Made by a program: the position numbers and the translations under genes
The notes under the pieces: generated by a model
Databases searched by the model: none
What the model saw: the letters and a program-made list of their open reading frames with translations, nothing else
Told to the model about the DNA's origin: nothing
In this document: positions 36,021-46,755 of the stretch, piece after piece
Numbering within the stretch: the first letter of the stretch is position 1
Layout: each line of letters begins with the position of its first letter
From: a virus
DNA length: 64,000 nt
Strand: one strand, 5' to 3'
IMG/VR virus record: IMGVR_UViG_3300050147_000032

Positions 36021-36532
36021 TTCCAGTTGCATATAAGTACACATCAACAAAAGAATGGGTGGATGCTTTCCCATGTGCATATCGACAATGGCGAGCAGAT
36101 GACAAACCAGATGGGCGTCCAGGATGTAACCGAATCCACGGCTACGCATTTTCGATCAAAGTCTACTTCGGTACAGACAATCTAGATGCACGAAACTGGT
36201 GCGTTGATTACGGATCGCTCAGAGATCTAAAGACAACGCTAGAAGATCAATTTGATCATACACTCATTGTTGCTCAAGATGACCCGCATCTTGCTTGGTA
36301 CGAAGAAGCAAATCGTCTAGGAATTGCAAAGGTCGTTGTTCTTCCAAAGCTAGGATGTGAATGTCTTGCTGATATGATCTACAAATATATTAACAGCGTT
36401 TTTATTCCTGATCAATGGGGAACAGGCGAAGCAGAACGGATCTGGTGCTATCGTGTTGAAGTCAGAGAGACTCAATCAAATATGGCTTTCCGAGAAGGTC
36501 ATCGAGAATGGAAAGAGGACTTGATTGAATGA
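36017..36532 (+). CDS. queD: 6-carboxytetrahydropterin synthase
   Basis: CNRIHGY, VDYGSL, QFDHTL, GCECLA, VEVRET. Confidence 0.9.
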   Translation: MIPVAYKYTSTKEWVDAFPCAYRQWRADDKPDGRPGCNRIHGYAFSIKVYFGTDNLDARNWCVDYGSLRDLKTTLEDQFDHTLIVAQDDPHLAWYEEANRLGIAKVVVLPKLGCECLADMIYKYINSVFIPDQWGTGEAERIWCYRVEVRETQSNMAFREGHREWKEDLIE

Positions 36533-36577
36533 ATTGATCATGGTATAATGCAAACAGAATAATAAGAAAAGGAAGAC

Positions 36578-37270
36578 ATGAGTAAAAATTTGAGTCAAGC
36601 TCTTCGCGAGAAGATGCATTTAGATGGTAAGCGTTTCTGGGCTGGCGATAACATCTCAGAATACATTGATGAAAAAACCAAGAACAAGTTAATTGATGAA
36701 GCCGAGAAGGCTTTTGAAAAGGTTCTGGATTCGTTGCTGATCGATCGAGAAAATGATCCAAACAGCAAGGGAACTGCTCGTCGTTTGGCGAAGATGTACT
36801 TCAACGAGATCATGAGTGGTCGCTACGACAAAGCACCAGATGCTACTGCATTTCCAAATGATTCTTCTGATCGTTATGATGGAATGCTTGTTGTTCGTAG
36901 CGAACTCAAGAGCATGTGTTCCCATCACCATCAACCAGTGACTGGCGTTGCTTATATTGGCATCATCGCAGCACAAAAGTTGATTGGTCTTTCGAAATAT
37001 ACACGCATTGCCCAATGGTGTGCTCGTCGAGGAACCCTGCAAGAAGAACTTGCAAATGATATTCTTCGAGAAATTAGCAAAGCAACTGAAGCAAAAGATG
37101 TCGGTGTTTACATTCAGGCAGTTCATGGGTGTTGCGAAAACCGCGGTATTATGGCTCATAGCTCTCTAACTCAAACTACTGTTCTAACTGGTTCGTTCAA
37201 GACAGATCCAGATACGAAGAAGGAATTCTTCGATAACATCAAGCTACAACAGGAGTTTGCTCCACGATGA
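36578..37270 (+). CDS. folE: GTP cyclohydrolase I
   Basis: GTARRLAKMY, SMCSHHHQP, GLSKYTR, LQEEL, HGCCENRG. Confidence 0.96.
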   Translation: MSKNLSQALREKMHLDGKRFWAGDNISEYIDEKTKNKLIDEAEKAFEKVLDSLLIDRENDPNSKGTARRLAKMYFNEIMSGRYDKAPDATAFPNDSSDRYDGMLVVRSELKSMCSHHHQPVTGVAYIGIIAAQKLIGLSKYTRIAQWCARRGTLQEELANDILREISKATEAKDVGVYIQAVHGCCENRGIMAHSSLTQTTVLTGSFKTDPDTKKEFFDNIKLQQEFAPR

Positions 37271-37785
37271 AAAGAACATATGATGTGGGTGTTTCATCCG
37301 AAGTAAATATTTTCATAGGTAACGAAGTTGAATCTTCAAAAGCATATGAACTAAAAACATTGTTTATTGTACCAGAAAACATTGTTGATATCATAGAAGT
37401 TATCAAGAAATATGAAGATCAAGTAGAGCATATCTATTTGAATGCAAATCATACAATCATTGAATCAGATGTTCTTGCCGGAAAGTATTACGATGTTTTG
37501 AACTATATCGAACAATCTGATAAAATCAAGCATGTAACTCTGGAAATTTTCTTCTATGAGCCAACGCATCTGGAACTTTTACATGCTTATCCAAAACTTC
37601 TATTGAATATCTCTATTCAGATTCCTCGTGTTGACAAAATTTCTAGTAGAATCGCAATCAAGATTGATGATGTCGATTTTGATGCAACAAATGCAGGAGT
37701 ATGGACATCAAGAGTAGATGATCTTCTGAATAAAAAGATGAGATTCACTCCATGGATTTCTTATACGAAGGATGAAATTCAATGA
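37267..37785 (+). CDS. Hypothetical protein in the deazaguanine cluster
   Basis: Translationally coupled between folE and the TGT-like gene. Confidence 0.7.
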   Translation: MKRTYDVGVSSEVNIFIGNEVESSKAYELKTLFIVPENIVDIIEVIKKYEDQVEHIYLNANHTIIESDVLAGKYYDVLNYIEQSDKIKHVTLEIFFYEPTHLELLHAYPKLLLNISIQIPRVDKISSRIAIKIDDVDFDATNAGVWTSRVDDLLNKKMRFTPWISYTKDEIQ

Positions 37786-39059
37786 ATAAAACAAACGGAA
37801 ATTATTTTGAATACGTTCTATCTGGGCCTTCATATACTCGTATCACGTATCAAGAATGCGTAGAAGATCCAGCATTGAATGAATGGATTCATCGAACACT
37901 GAACAAGATGAATACGGAAACAAATCACAAGTTTTCCTTTCTATACAATGCTTGGACCGAAAAAGAGTTTGGATCTACTCTTGCAGATTACAAGAAATCG
38001 ACAAATTCACTTTATACAGACTCTGGCGGTCTTCAAATTGTTACACGAGGAATGACAGCAACTCCAGAAATCAAGAAGGAAGTTTATGTTGATCAAGCTA
38101 AGTTTTCTGACCTAGCGATGTCTTTTGATGAAATTCCTGTTTCTATTGCTGGTGAAAAATCAACTAGACTAGATACTTCAAATCGTTGGTTTGACAAGAC
38201 AAAGTTTGAAGAGTGCGCCAGACAAACAGGAAGAAACATCGATCAACAAATCGAACATTTCTTAGAAAGCAAGTCCGATACAAAACCTGTAGCAATTGTG
38301 CAGGGTAATTGTTACGACACTTATATGAAATGGTGCGAATACATGATTTCAGAGATTGCTCCAAGCAGACGAGATTACATCGGCGGCATTGCTATGGGAG
38401 CAGCTTCTTTCGGACATGGATTCCTAGAAGACATCCAACGAGCGTACTACTTCACGCAACTGCCATTCAAAACAACAGAAAGTCATTGTCACTTTCTTGC
38501 TGTTGGATCTATTGAACGAATTCTTCCTGCTGTGATCTTTGCTCAAACAGGAGTCTATTCCGATACAAGAATTTCTTATGATTCGACATCACATGCTTCT
38601 GCAATGTTGTATGGTCGAATGTTCTTGCCATCTTCAAAGGGAAATTATGTAAATTTCACTCGTGTATACGACAAGACAGTGTATACTATGATGTATGATG
38701 CAATCGACAAAGAATTTGATCTGGGATTTTCTGTCGATGATTTCCACTACTTCTTGAATAATCCATCAGGCAAAGTCAAAGAAGCAAGAGGAGATCGAAT
38801 CAATCAAATCAAGACATTCGTAGCTGGATCTATGATGTCCGTTATATGCTTCATGAGAGAATTGGATCGGTTAGTTCTTGCAGATCACGATCAAGTAATC
38901 AAGAAAATGGGTAAATCTGGAAAGGCAAACGTATTTTCTTCTTTGTATGAAATCAAGACATTTGATGATTTCAAGCATTGGGATAAGCACTTCTCCAGAT
39001 ATATCCCAAGCGAACGTATTCCATCTTCTTTAGTTCATCCTAACATATTAGATCTATGA
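37782..39059 (+). CDS. TGT-fold transglycosylase (DpdA-like, DNA 7-deazaguanine insertion)
   Basis: TDSGGLQ, MSFDEIP, AIVQG, GGIAMG, HFLAVG, SYDSTSH; downstream of queE-queD-folE. Confidence 0.75.
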   Translation: MNKTNGNYFEYVLSGPSYTRITYQECVEDPALNEWIHRTLNKMNTETNHKFSFLYNAWTEKEFGSTLADYKKSTNSLYTDSGGLQIVTRGMTATPEIKKEVYVDQAKFSDLAMSFDEIPVSIAGEKSTRLDTSNRWFDKTKFEECARQTGRNIDQQIEHFLESKSDTKPVAIVQGNCYDTYMKWCEYMISEIAPSRRDYIGGIAMGAASFGHGFLEDIQRAYYFTQLPFKTTESHCHFLAVGSIERILPAVIFAQTGVYSDTRISYDSTSHASAMLYGRMFLPSSKGNYVNFTRVYDKTVYTMMYDAIDKEFDLGFSVDDFHYFLNNPSGKVKEARGDRINQIKTFVAGSMMSVICFMRELDRLVLADHDQVIKKMGKSGKANVFSSLYEIKTFDDFKHWDKHFSRYIPSERIPSSLVHPNILDL

Positions 39060-39439
39060 AAACAAAAAGCCAAATTAATAACAGAACACAATCATATATT
39101 CGAGTTCGAACAGAATTTGAAGGATTTCATTGCTATCCAGAAGCATCAAAGATTGATCCACGTATCAAGTTCCTTGAAGATGTGCATCGACATATTTTCA
39201 AAGTTGAAGTGAAGATTTCTGTAACACATGATGACAGGGAACTTGAATTCTTTTTGGTAAAATGGGATCTCAATGAATTCATCAAAGGTGGGGATATGAA
39301 TAGGAAGTCGTGTGAAATGATGGCAACCGATATCTTGTATCATCTTCTGTTCAAGTATGGTGATGATCGCTACTATGAAATTACAGTTTCTGAAGATGGC
39401 GAATCCGATGGTATTGTTGAATACATTCCAACTCTATGA
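39056..39439 (+). CDS. Small tunnelling-fold (QueD-like) protein
   Basis: EGFHCYP, HRHIFKV, SCEMMA, VSEDGE. Confidence 0.55.
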   Translation: MKTKSQINNRTQSYIRVRTEFEGFHCYPEASKIDPRIKFLEDVHRHIFKVEVKISVTHDDRELEFFLVKWDLNEFIKGGDMNRKSCEMMATDILYHLLFKYGDDRYYEITVSEDGESDGIVEYIPTL

Positions 39440-40503
39440 AAAAACTTTACATTGTAGACCTCGAATATATCGAGAGTCGATACACTGCTCAATGGAAGAC
39501 AGAACTTCCGAAATATCTTCGAGATAAGTTGAAGACATATGAGGTTGTCGTCATCGATGGAAATGATGTTCCTCAAATGACGACGCCAGGAGCATTCTTG
39601 AATTTTGGCGGAACAACAGTATACAAAGCTCAACAAATTGAAAAGATTGGGCGTATGTTTTGTTCTGATCAAATTCAAGAAGGCGATGAATTCTTGTTTA
39701 CGGACTTCTGGCATCCTGGAATTATCTTCGTGAAGTACATGAGTACTCTTCTGAACAAAAAAGTCATTACACATGGTTTAATTCATGCTGGGAGCTATGA
39801 TCCGCATGACTTCTTAGGCAGAGTAGAGCCAAATAAATGGCTCAGACAAACAGAGATGGCTATGTTTGAATCTTTTGATCATGTTTACTTTGCTACATTT
39901 TTTCATTACACTTTGTTCTGTGAGACATATGGTGAAGACATTTTTAGAATGAAATCTAAAGTTCGTTTTACAGGCTGGCCATTCGATTTCATGAAAGATA
40001 AGATCGAAAAAGACATCTATCATATTTCCGAAAAAAAGAACATTGTTGTTTTCCCTCATAGACTTGCACCAGAAAAACAACACTGGACATTTCTTAGATT
40101 GAAAGAAGCACTTCCAGAATTTGAATTTGTTACATGTCAAGATAGGAATCTGACAAAGAAAGAATATCACGAACTGCTTGGATCAGCTAAAGTTGTTTGG
40201 TCTGCAGCATTACAAGAAACTCTTGGTATCTCTACTTGTATCGAAGGCCCATTGGCTGGCTGTATTCCTATTTGTCCGAATTCTCTGTCATATGCTGAGA
40301 TTTTCAGAGGCAGACCGTTTGTTTACAATGCAGCATTTGTATCTTCTGAGCAATCATTTGAAGACAACATACCTTTCTTCAAAACATTGATACAATCATG
40401 CATGTACGACTATCCATTGTGGAAGAAATCTATTGATCTATATGTGGAAGAAAGACTTCATCTGTATTCTTCTTTTGATTCTTTTGTTGATTACCTAGAA
40501 TAA
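39436..40503 (+). CDS. Glycosyltransferase (GT-B)
   Basis: VVFPHRLAPEKQ, SAALQETLGIS..EG, PICPNSLSYAE. Confidence 0.8.
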   Translation: MKKLYIVDLEYIESRYTAQWKTELPKYLRDKLKTYEVVVIDGNDVPQMTTPGAFLNFGGTTVYKAQQIEKIGRMFCSDQIQEGDEFLFTDFWHPGIIFVKYMSTLLNKKVITHGLIHAGSYDPHDFLGRVEPNKWLRQTEMAMFESFDHVYFATFFHYTLFCETYGEDIFRMKSKVRFTGWPFDFMKDKIEKDIYHISEKKNIVVFPHRLAPEKQHWTFLRLKEALPEFEFVTCQDRNLTKKEYHELLGSAKVVWSAALQETLGISTCIEGPLAGCIPICPNSLSYAEIFRGRPFVYNAAFVSSEQSFEDNIPFFKTLIQSCMYDYPLWKKSIDLYVEERLHLYSSFDSFVDYLE

Positions 40504-41284
40504 CCATACATAGAAGTAGGTCATTTCTTGACTAGATGGTTCAACGATCCTACAATAAGAACTGTTGAAACTTACTAAGGATTTTGAAAATGAACAATCT
40601 TATGATCTTCTTTGTGATCCAGAATTTCTTGCTGGGTTTTGTCTGGACACGAAGCAACTGGTTCAATGTGTTCATCAAGTTCACTCTGTTTGCTACGGCG
40701 TCTGCCGGTGCTTTTCATGTTCTGCAATCTCTTGGTTATGTTGTGAAAGGCTAAAATGAAAGTTCCTGTCTATACAATTCGGATTGTCCATAAAAGTGGG
40801 TATGTTCACGAATTCGATGCTTACTATTTCAAGAAGACACCCGATGGGTTTTCTTGGGAAAGTGTTTCTTCAGGTAATCATCCAACGCATCTTGATGTTG
40901 ATTCTATCGAAGCAATCTATCAAGTAGGTACGCGCATGGAAGAAAAGAATGAGGAAGAAGATGCAGAATGAAATCGATGTTGGTAGAATTTACTTCAATG
41001 AAAGTGGTCATCTTGTTCAGATCAAATCATATGATAAAATCTATGATTTTTACGACGGAGAAATGATCAAGTCTAAAGAAATTTTCTGGTTTCATCCAAC
41101 AGGCGTTGCATGTGGGAATATCACTAATTCAGAATTTGATTTGGTACGAGAACATTCTTCTTTTCATGATCTTGTTGCTCAATGCATCCAGTTTGATTCT
41201 CTCTGGAAGCTGAACTAATTCTTCTTGACACCATCTATGAATGATGGTAAAATTTAATCACTGAAACTTTATAAGGATAATTTT

Positions 41285-41902
41285 ATGACTATTTCTAATG
41301 AACTGATCAAGGCTGTTGCTCGGAACATCAACGAACAACCTGATCAAAATCCAAACGATCGAGTGAAGTACATTCATATTCGGAAGGATGTTCTCTTGAA
41401 TGATTTTGATGTTTCTTTGGATGGTAAGACTTTCAATGGTCGTGATCATATGAAAGCAAAGTTCTTTCCGATGCTTCGTGATTCGGATGGGAATGTAAAA
41501 CTCAACACTGTCACATTCAACTTTGATGCTTTTACATTTGCATACAAGCAAAATGATAATGGTGATTTGGACGTTGCTATTGTCTTCAAGTCTCCTAAAG
41601 ATGAATACCGAAAGCGAATTGGTGCAGAACTTGCAAATACAGTCTTGCAAAGGTATCTGAACAGCAACAAGAAAGCATACGAAGTGCACTACACCGATGT
41701 ATGTGGATATCATGCCTTTGTCTACACCATCGAGACTGCTGATATTGTCCGGAATAACTTCATTCTTCCGGAGTCGTATACACGAAAGTTGAGTGTATCT
41801 GATCTGAAGAACTCGCTTGTCCTTGGTATCCTGAAGGACAATGCACATCAGCTTTTGAAAGGTATCAACATTGATAGTAAAGTCGAAACTTTTACCTTTT
41901 GA
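41285..41902 (+). CDS. Hypothetical protein
   Basis: 205-aa ORF with RBS. Confidence 0.7.
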   Translation: MTISNELIKAVARNINEQPDQNPNDRVKYIHIRKDVLLNDFDVSLDGKTFNGRDHMKAKFFPMLRDSDGNVKLNTVTFNFDAFTFAYKQNDNGDLDVAIVFKSPKDEYRKRIGAELANTVLQRYLNSNKKAYEVHYTDVCGYHAFVYTIETADIVRNNFILPESYTRKLSVSDLKNSLVLGILKDNAHQLLKGINIDSKVETFTF

Positions 41903-42132
41903 TCATGAAAAATAAAGGTCAAAAATTCTTGAAGTCTCTTCAAACAGGCAAGAAGATTTCACGTAAACAAGCAACTGCTCGTTGGAAAATGGGCAATCCA
42001 TCTGCCTGGATCAAGATCTATCAAGAAAATGGAATCAAGATCAGCCGCCAATATAAGTCAAAGGTGACAAATGGTGTAAATACTCGAACAGTTTCGTACA
42101 CATTAATTCAAGATCCTGCTTGACGAAACACA

Positions 42133-42165
42133 AATAAGAGGCTATCATTGGCCTCTTATTCTTTT
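42133..42165 (+). terminator. Rho-independent terminator
   Basis: AATAAGAGGC/GCCTCTTATT hairpin followed by CTTTT. Confidence 0.7.
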
Positions 42166-42189
42166 ACAATCTAAACGAAAGGAAAAGAG

Positions 42190-42612
42190 ATGCGATTTTT
42201 TCGATATCTAATTCTTTGTGTTTTTGTTCTTTTTTCTGTAAGTTCGAATGCGCAAAACCTAACAACCCAAGACAAAGAATGTCTTACGAAGGCTCTGTAT
42301 CACGAAGCCCGTGGCGAACCTCATAAAGGAATCGTTGCTGTTGCATCTGTTATTCTTAATAGAATCGAAGCAGATGGATATCCAGATAGCGTATGTGGTG
42401 TGATTGAACAGAAGGGTCAATTCACATATGACAAACGTAAGAAGATGACAGAAGAATCTTCTGTTGCTAAGATCAAATACGTCGTTGCTTCGATCGAAGA
42501 TAATTTGATCCCGAAGTATCCATTCTTGTATTTTCATCGTGTAGATGTTCCGGGACCCTGTTCAAATAAGAAGAATCGGGTTGTCATTGGTAATCATTTT
42601 TTCTGTAGGTGA
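42190..42612 (+). CDS. SleB-like cell wall hydrolase (Hydrolase_2)
   Basis: Signal peptide, CLTKALYHEARGE, VASVILNR, YPDSVCGVI.QKGQF, IGNHFF. Confidence 0.92.
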   Translation: MRFFRYLILCVFVLFSVSSNAQNLTTQDKECLTKALYHEARGEPHKGIVAVASVILNRIEADGYPDSVCGVIEQKGQFTYDKRKKMTEESSVAKIKYVVASIEDNLIPKYPFLYFHRVDVPGPCSNKKNRVVIGNHFFCR

Positions 42613-42615
42613 TAG

Positions 42616-43218
42616 ATGAAACTTCCTATTCTCGTTGATTTGGATGGTGTTCTCTTTGATTTTGTTGATGGATTTTATTCCATCGCAATGGAGAAATATC
42701 CAAATCTTTATGCGATTCTTCCTGACATTGTAACAACATTTTACATCGAAGAATCAATCGATCAAACTTTGCTGACCAGAGAACTTCGTCGTCAAGCATA
42801 TGCAATTGTCGATGATAAAGATCTATTTCGTCGATTGTCATTGATTGAAAATGCTGTAGCTGGGATCAACTATCTGAAAGAATTATCTGGAAGAGAAGTA
42901 AAGTTTGTCTCTGCACCACACTGTTCTAACTTCAATTCTTATAGTCAGAAAGCCGAAAGCATTCATGATAAGTTCGGGAGACAATGGGTTGATAATTTAA
43001 TCTTGACACGAGATAAATCTTTGGTTTCAGGAATTGTTCTTATTGATGATAAGCCATTGCCAATGGGATCATATAAAGAAAATTGGGAACACATCGTATT
43101 CGATCGATCATATAACATGACTCAATCGGAAGTTAAAGGCAAATATCGTATGTTCGGATGGAGCAATTCAGAAGTAGAACGTCTAGTGGAATATATCAAT
43201 CAGAAAGGTGATAAATGA
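42616..43218 (+). CDS. 5'(3')-deoxyribonucleotidase (HAD)
   Basis: LVDLDGVLFDF, LTRDKSLV, LIDDKP. Confidence 0.88.
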   Translation: MKLPILVDLDGVLFDFVDGFYSIAMEKYPNLYAILPDIVTTFYIEESIDQTLLTRELRRQAYAIVDDKDLFRRLSLIENAVAGINYLKELSGREVKFVSAPHCSNFNSYSQKAESIHDKFGRQWVDNLILTRDKSLVSGIVLIDDKPLPMGSYKENWEHIVFDRSYNMTQSEVKGKYRMFGWSNSEVERLVEYINQKGDK

Positions 43219-43715
43219 AATTGCTTATCGTCGGACATGGACGACATGGAAAAGATACCGTATCAGCGTACTTGAAAGAAAAGTATACTCTTGATTTTTT
43301 ATCAAGTTCAGAATTTTGTGCAGAGAATGTAATCTTTCCGGTACTATCCGAAAAGTACAGCTATAAAACTGTTCAAGAATGTTTCGATGATCGTCATAAT
43401 CATCGAACAGAATGGTATAATTTGATTCATGCTTACAATGAAATCGATCATGCAAGACTTGGACGTGAGATTTTTTCCAAATACGATATCTACTGTGGAC
43501 TTCGGAACGCCAAAGAAATGATTGCAATGAAAGATCAACATGTTTATGATCATGCAATCTGGGTTGATCGATCGGAACATCTCCCTTCAGAAGATATTTC
43601 GTCTATGACGATTTCTAAAGATATGTGTGATATCGTCATTGATAACAATGGAACATTGGATGAATTGTATGAAAAAATCGATGACATGATGAAGATCTTC
43701 TTGACTTCTGACTAG
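43215..43715 (+). CDS. Deoxynucleoside monophosphate kinase-like P-loop protein
   Basis: IVGHGRHGKDTV, GLRNAKE, DIVIDNNGTL. Confidence 0.75.
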   Translation: MKLLIVGHGRHGKDTVSAYLKEKYTLDFLSSSEFCAENVIFPVLSEKYSYKTVQECFDDRHNHRTEWYNLIHAYNEIDHARLGREIFSKYDIYCGLRNAKEMIAMKDQHVYDHAIWVDRSEHLPSEDISSMTISKDMCDIVIDNNGTLDELYEKIDDMMKIFLTSD

Positions 43716-44133
43716 GAAGATGATACAATAGAAACACATTGAACATGGAGATTGTTATGGCAAAGAATTTTGAAACTCTTGAAGTTGGCAAGTCTTACAA
43801 AAATGGTGCTGGCCTGATCGTTAAAATTATTAAATTCGAAATTGAATACAACGGCGATGAATGGCCTTATTGTGGCGATGATTTATCATTCTATAGAAAA
43901 GATGGTTTTTATGACAATGAAAACCCATCATCAAGAGATCTTGTCGAACTGATTGAAGATAATCTAGTCTCGAACGAAACATTGTTCTTGATTGAGCAAA
44001 ACAATACACTTGTCTTGGTGAAAGATCTTCCGATTGGAAAGTCTATTAAGGTTTTTCAAGTAAATGCAACTCCTCGAGATCTTGATACTGCTTTCAATGT
44101 TTATCAAGCTATAAACTTCACTTGGATCACGCG

Positions 44134-45408
44134 ATGATCAAAATCGAATCAACAAATCCAAAGTTTTCTTGGATTCTCAGGAAAAATCCTGAGACACAAC
44201 GAACAAAGAATGAGCCATTCTCAAAAGCATTGCGTAAAGGAATGTCGTATGGATGGTTCACAACGGATCAACAATTCAATCTTTTGTTCATCGATTCGAA
44301 GACAGAGACATCCTTCAATACGATTGGCGACTTCGAATATCTCGATCGGACACGCTACTGTTCGCCATATCTTCCGATTGCATTGATTGCTAATCTTTTG
44401 GCATCTGCACAAAAAGAAGATGTTCCGGAAGATACAGCTGACTTTCAAACGACTATCGAGTTCATTTCAGAATTTTCTGATCCAAAACTTGCACATCGAG
44501 TCATCAAAACAGTAACAGATGCAAAGATTGAGCTTGTGCAGATGCAACACCATCTATACAATGTGAAAATCAGTGCAACCGGAGTTCGAAAAGCTCTGAA
44601 TTGGACTATTGCTTTCTTGATCACACAAGCTGTCTTGGATCCGATGATTTACATTCCCATGGATGATGAATCTGTGAAGAAGTACATCAATGCACTGAAT
44701 ATCGTTGACGCGCCGTATTACATGCGTTACATCACAGCAAACAAATGCATTAAATCTCCTGTTGTTTTTGACACGGTGAAGAATTCTCTGGAAAACGAAA
44801 AGTTCCAGATGAACTTTGGAGATTCACAGAATCATCGTTGGCTTGCTATTGAGAAGCATTTGAATGGTGGCGCTGCTCTTTTTGATATTGGTTGCGGTGA
44901 GTTGTATTATACTCGTCGTCTATACAATCGATATGAGAAGTTCTTTGCTTTTGATGCAGATGAAAAGATCCAAGATCGAAATAAACATCTAGTAAATCTA
45001 CGTTGTCAAGATAAGATTGATCTACTGGGGAAATTTGATTCGACGTATGCAGATGGAAGTATCACAGATAAAGATGATGTTCTATTGACAGAAGTGTTGG
45101 AACACATGCCCAAGGAAACTGCTGTGGAACTACTGGATCAGGTTCTACGTGGTGATTTCCGTCGAGTTGTTGTCACTGTACCTAATGTTGATTTTAATCG
45201 ATTTTACGGCCTCTACGGCGATGATAAACGACATCCAGATCATCATTACGAACCGACTCAAACAGAATTCGAAACTTGGATGAAAAATGCAGCATCAAAA
45301 GTTGGATGTGGTGTTGAATTCTTCAATGTTGGAGATGGAGTAATTGTAAATGGACAATCGATCTATGCTTCACTTGGAGCAACTTTTAAAAAGGAAAAGA
45401 ATGAGTAA
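44134..45408 (+). CDS. hen1: Hen1 RNA 2'-O-methyltransferase (bacterial type: N-terminal ligase-activating domain plus C-terminal MTase)
   Basis: FDIGCGE, LTEVLEH, TVPNVDFN, RHPDHHYE.T..EF..W, F..VG are Hen1 MTase motifs. Confidence 0.85.
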   Translation: MIKIESTNPKFSWILRKNPETQRTKNEPFSKALRKGMSYGWFTTDQQFNLLFIDSKTETSFNTIGDFEYLDRTRYCSPYLPIALIANLLASAQKEDVPEDTADFQTTIEFISEFSDPKLAHRVIKTVTDAKIELVQMQHHLYNVKISATGVRKALNWTIAFLITQAVLDPMIYIPMDDESVKKYINALNIVDAPYYMRYITANKCIKSPVVFDTVKNSLENEKFQMNFGDSQNHRWLAIEKHLNGGAALFDIGCGELYYTRRLYNRYEKFFAFDADEKIQDRNKHLVNLRCQDKIDLLGKFDSTYADGSITDKDDVLLTEVLEHMPKETAVELLDQVLRGDFRRVVVTVPNVDFNRFYGLYGDDKRHPDHHYEPTQTEFETWMKNAASKVGCGVEFFNVGDGVIVNGQSIYASLGATFKKEKNE

Positions 45409-46411
45409 TTTCACTTTGGCTAACAATGTGATGCTCGAGATCCAAGATATCTCAGAGTTGCGTTTTGTTAATTTCATCAATGATCTAGCAAAGAAGAATC
45501 TTTCGACGCTAATGCGAAAGTTTAACTTCATGAAGAATACTGATTTTTCATTCCATCGTTTTGCAACACTTCATGGATTCGTTGTGATTGAAGGCGAGGA
45601 TCGTTATTCTTCTGATACGAACTATGTGATGATCAATGAGAATGAGAACGTTGCTATCAAAGTGGAAACAAAGTCTGCATTTCTTCCATTCAAGTTCTAT
45701 GGAGAAAGCTCGAAGGTGAATCATTACATTTCTTTCTTCAAGGAACATTTCACAGAAACAGGACCGATGATTCGCTGGGTATATGATGAACATGGAAGTT
45801 ATACAAACGTTCCTCTTGTTTCTCGTGGTCTTGTGAAATCTGCATATCCATTCATCGAAGGAAATGTATCAGATTACATTGATGACTATATCAATTCGGA
45901 TGCCTCGATCATTGTTTTTATTGGGCCACCTGGAACAGGAAAGACATCTTTGATCAAAGAAATCATTTCTAGATCAACTCGTCCTGCTCATGTTTCATAT
46001 GACATGAAGGTCATGAATGGCGAATCTCTTTTTACAGAATTTATGACATCTGATTCGATGTTCTTGGTTATGGAAGATGCAGACGCTTTCCTTGCTTCGC
46101 GCAAAGAAGGTAACACTATGATGCATCGATTTTTGAATGTTGGTGACGGTTTGATTTCAACGAAAGGTAAGAAGATCATCTTTTCGACGAATCTTCCGAA
46201 CATCGAAGAAATTGATCCTGCTTTGCTTCGTCCTGGGCGTTGTTTTGATGTAATGAGTTCCAGAGAACTGACTCGTTCAGAAGCAGAAGCAGTACGTGAA
46301 GAATTGAAGATTCCTTTTGAACTCGAAGATAAAGAATCGTTCTCTCTTGCAGAAATCACGAACAAGATGCGCACACATAAACAAAAAACAAGAACAGTAG
46401 GATTTTATTGA
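45401..46411 (+). CDS. AAA+ ATPase
   Basis: GPPGTGKT, LVMEDAD, FLNVGDG, FSTN, IDPALLRPGRCFD. Confidence 0.9.
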   Translation: MSNFTLANNVMLEIQDISELRFVNFINDLAKKNLSTLMRKFNFMKNTDFSFHRFATLHGFVVIEGEDRYSSDTNYVMINENENVAIKVETKSAFLPFKFYGESSKVNHYISFFKEHFTETGPMIRWVYDEHGSYTNVPLVSRGLVKSAYPFIEGNVSDYIDDYINSDASIIVFIGPPGTGKTSLIKEIISRSTRPAHVSYDMKVMNGESLFTEFMTSDSMFLVMEDADAFLASRKEGNTMMHRFLNVGDGLISTKGKKIIFSTNLPNIEEIDPALLRPGRCFDVMSSRELTRSEAEAVREELKIPFELEDKESFSLAEITNKMRTHKQKTRTVGFY

Positions 46412-46755
46412 TGGAAAAGATTTTACAACTAGATGTTCCAACTAAAAATGGAACCACATATACAACTGAATGTATCTCAGCAATGTTGAAAACCATTAAA
46501 CCTGAAATATTCGGTCAAATTGGAATGGCTACATTCGTAGATTTAGAGAAAGTGTCGCATGTTTGCACAAATTTCAAAATTGAAGACGGATGGCTACAAT
46601 GTGATATCAAAGTTCTAGATACGCCATGCGGTAAGATTTTGAAAGATATGAATGGTGGCAATTTTGCTGCTTCTGGAATAGGAAATATTGATACAGATAA
46701 AATTGTCTCAAACTACGAGTTGACAGGCGTGCATTATGTCATGAATAGATCATGA
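46408..46755 (+). CDS. Short prohead-protease-like (gp21-like) protein
   Basis: DVPTKNG..Y, VDLEKVSH, IKVLDTPCGKIL resemble T4 gp21 segments. Confidence 0.5.
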   Translation: MMEKILQLDVPTKNGTTYTTECISAMLKTIKPEIFGQIGMATFVDLEKVSHVCTNFKIEDGWLQCDIKVLDTPCGKILKDMNGGNFAASGIGNIDTDKIVSNYELTGVHYVMNRS

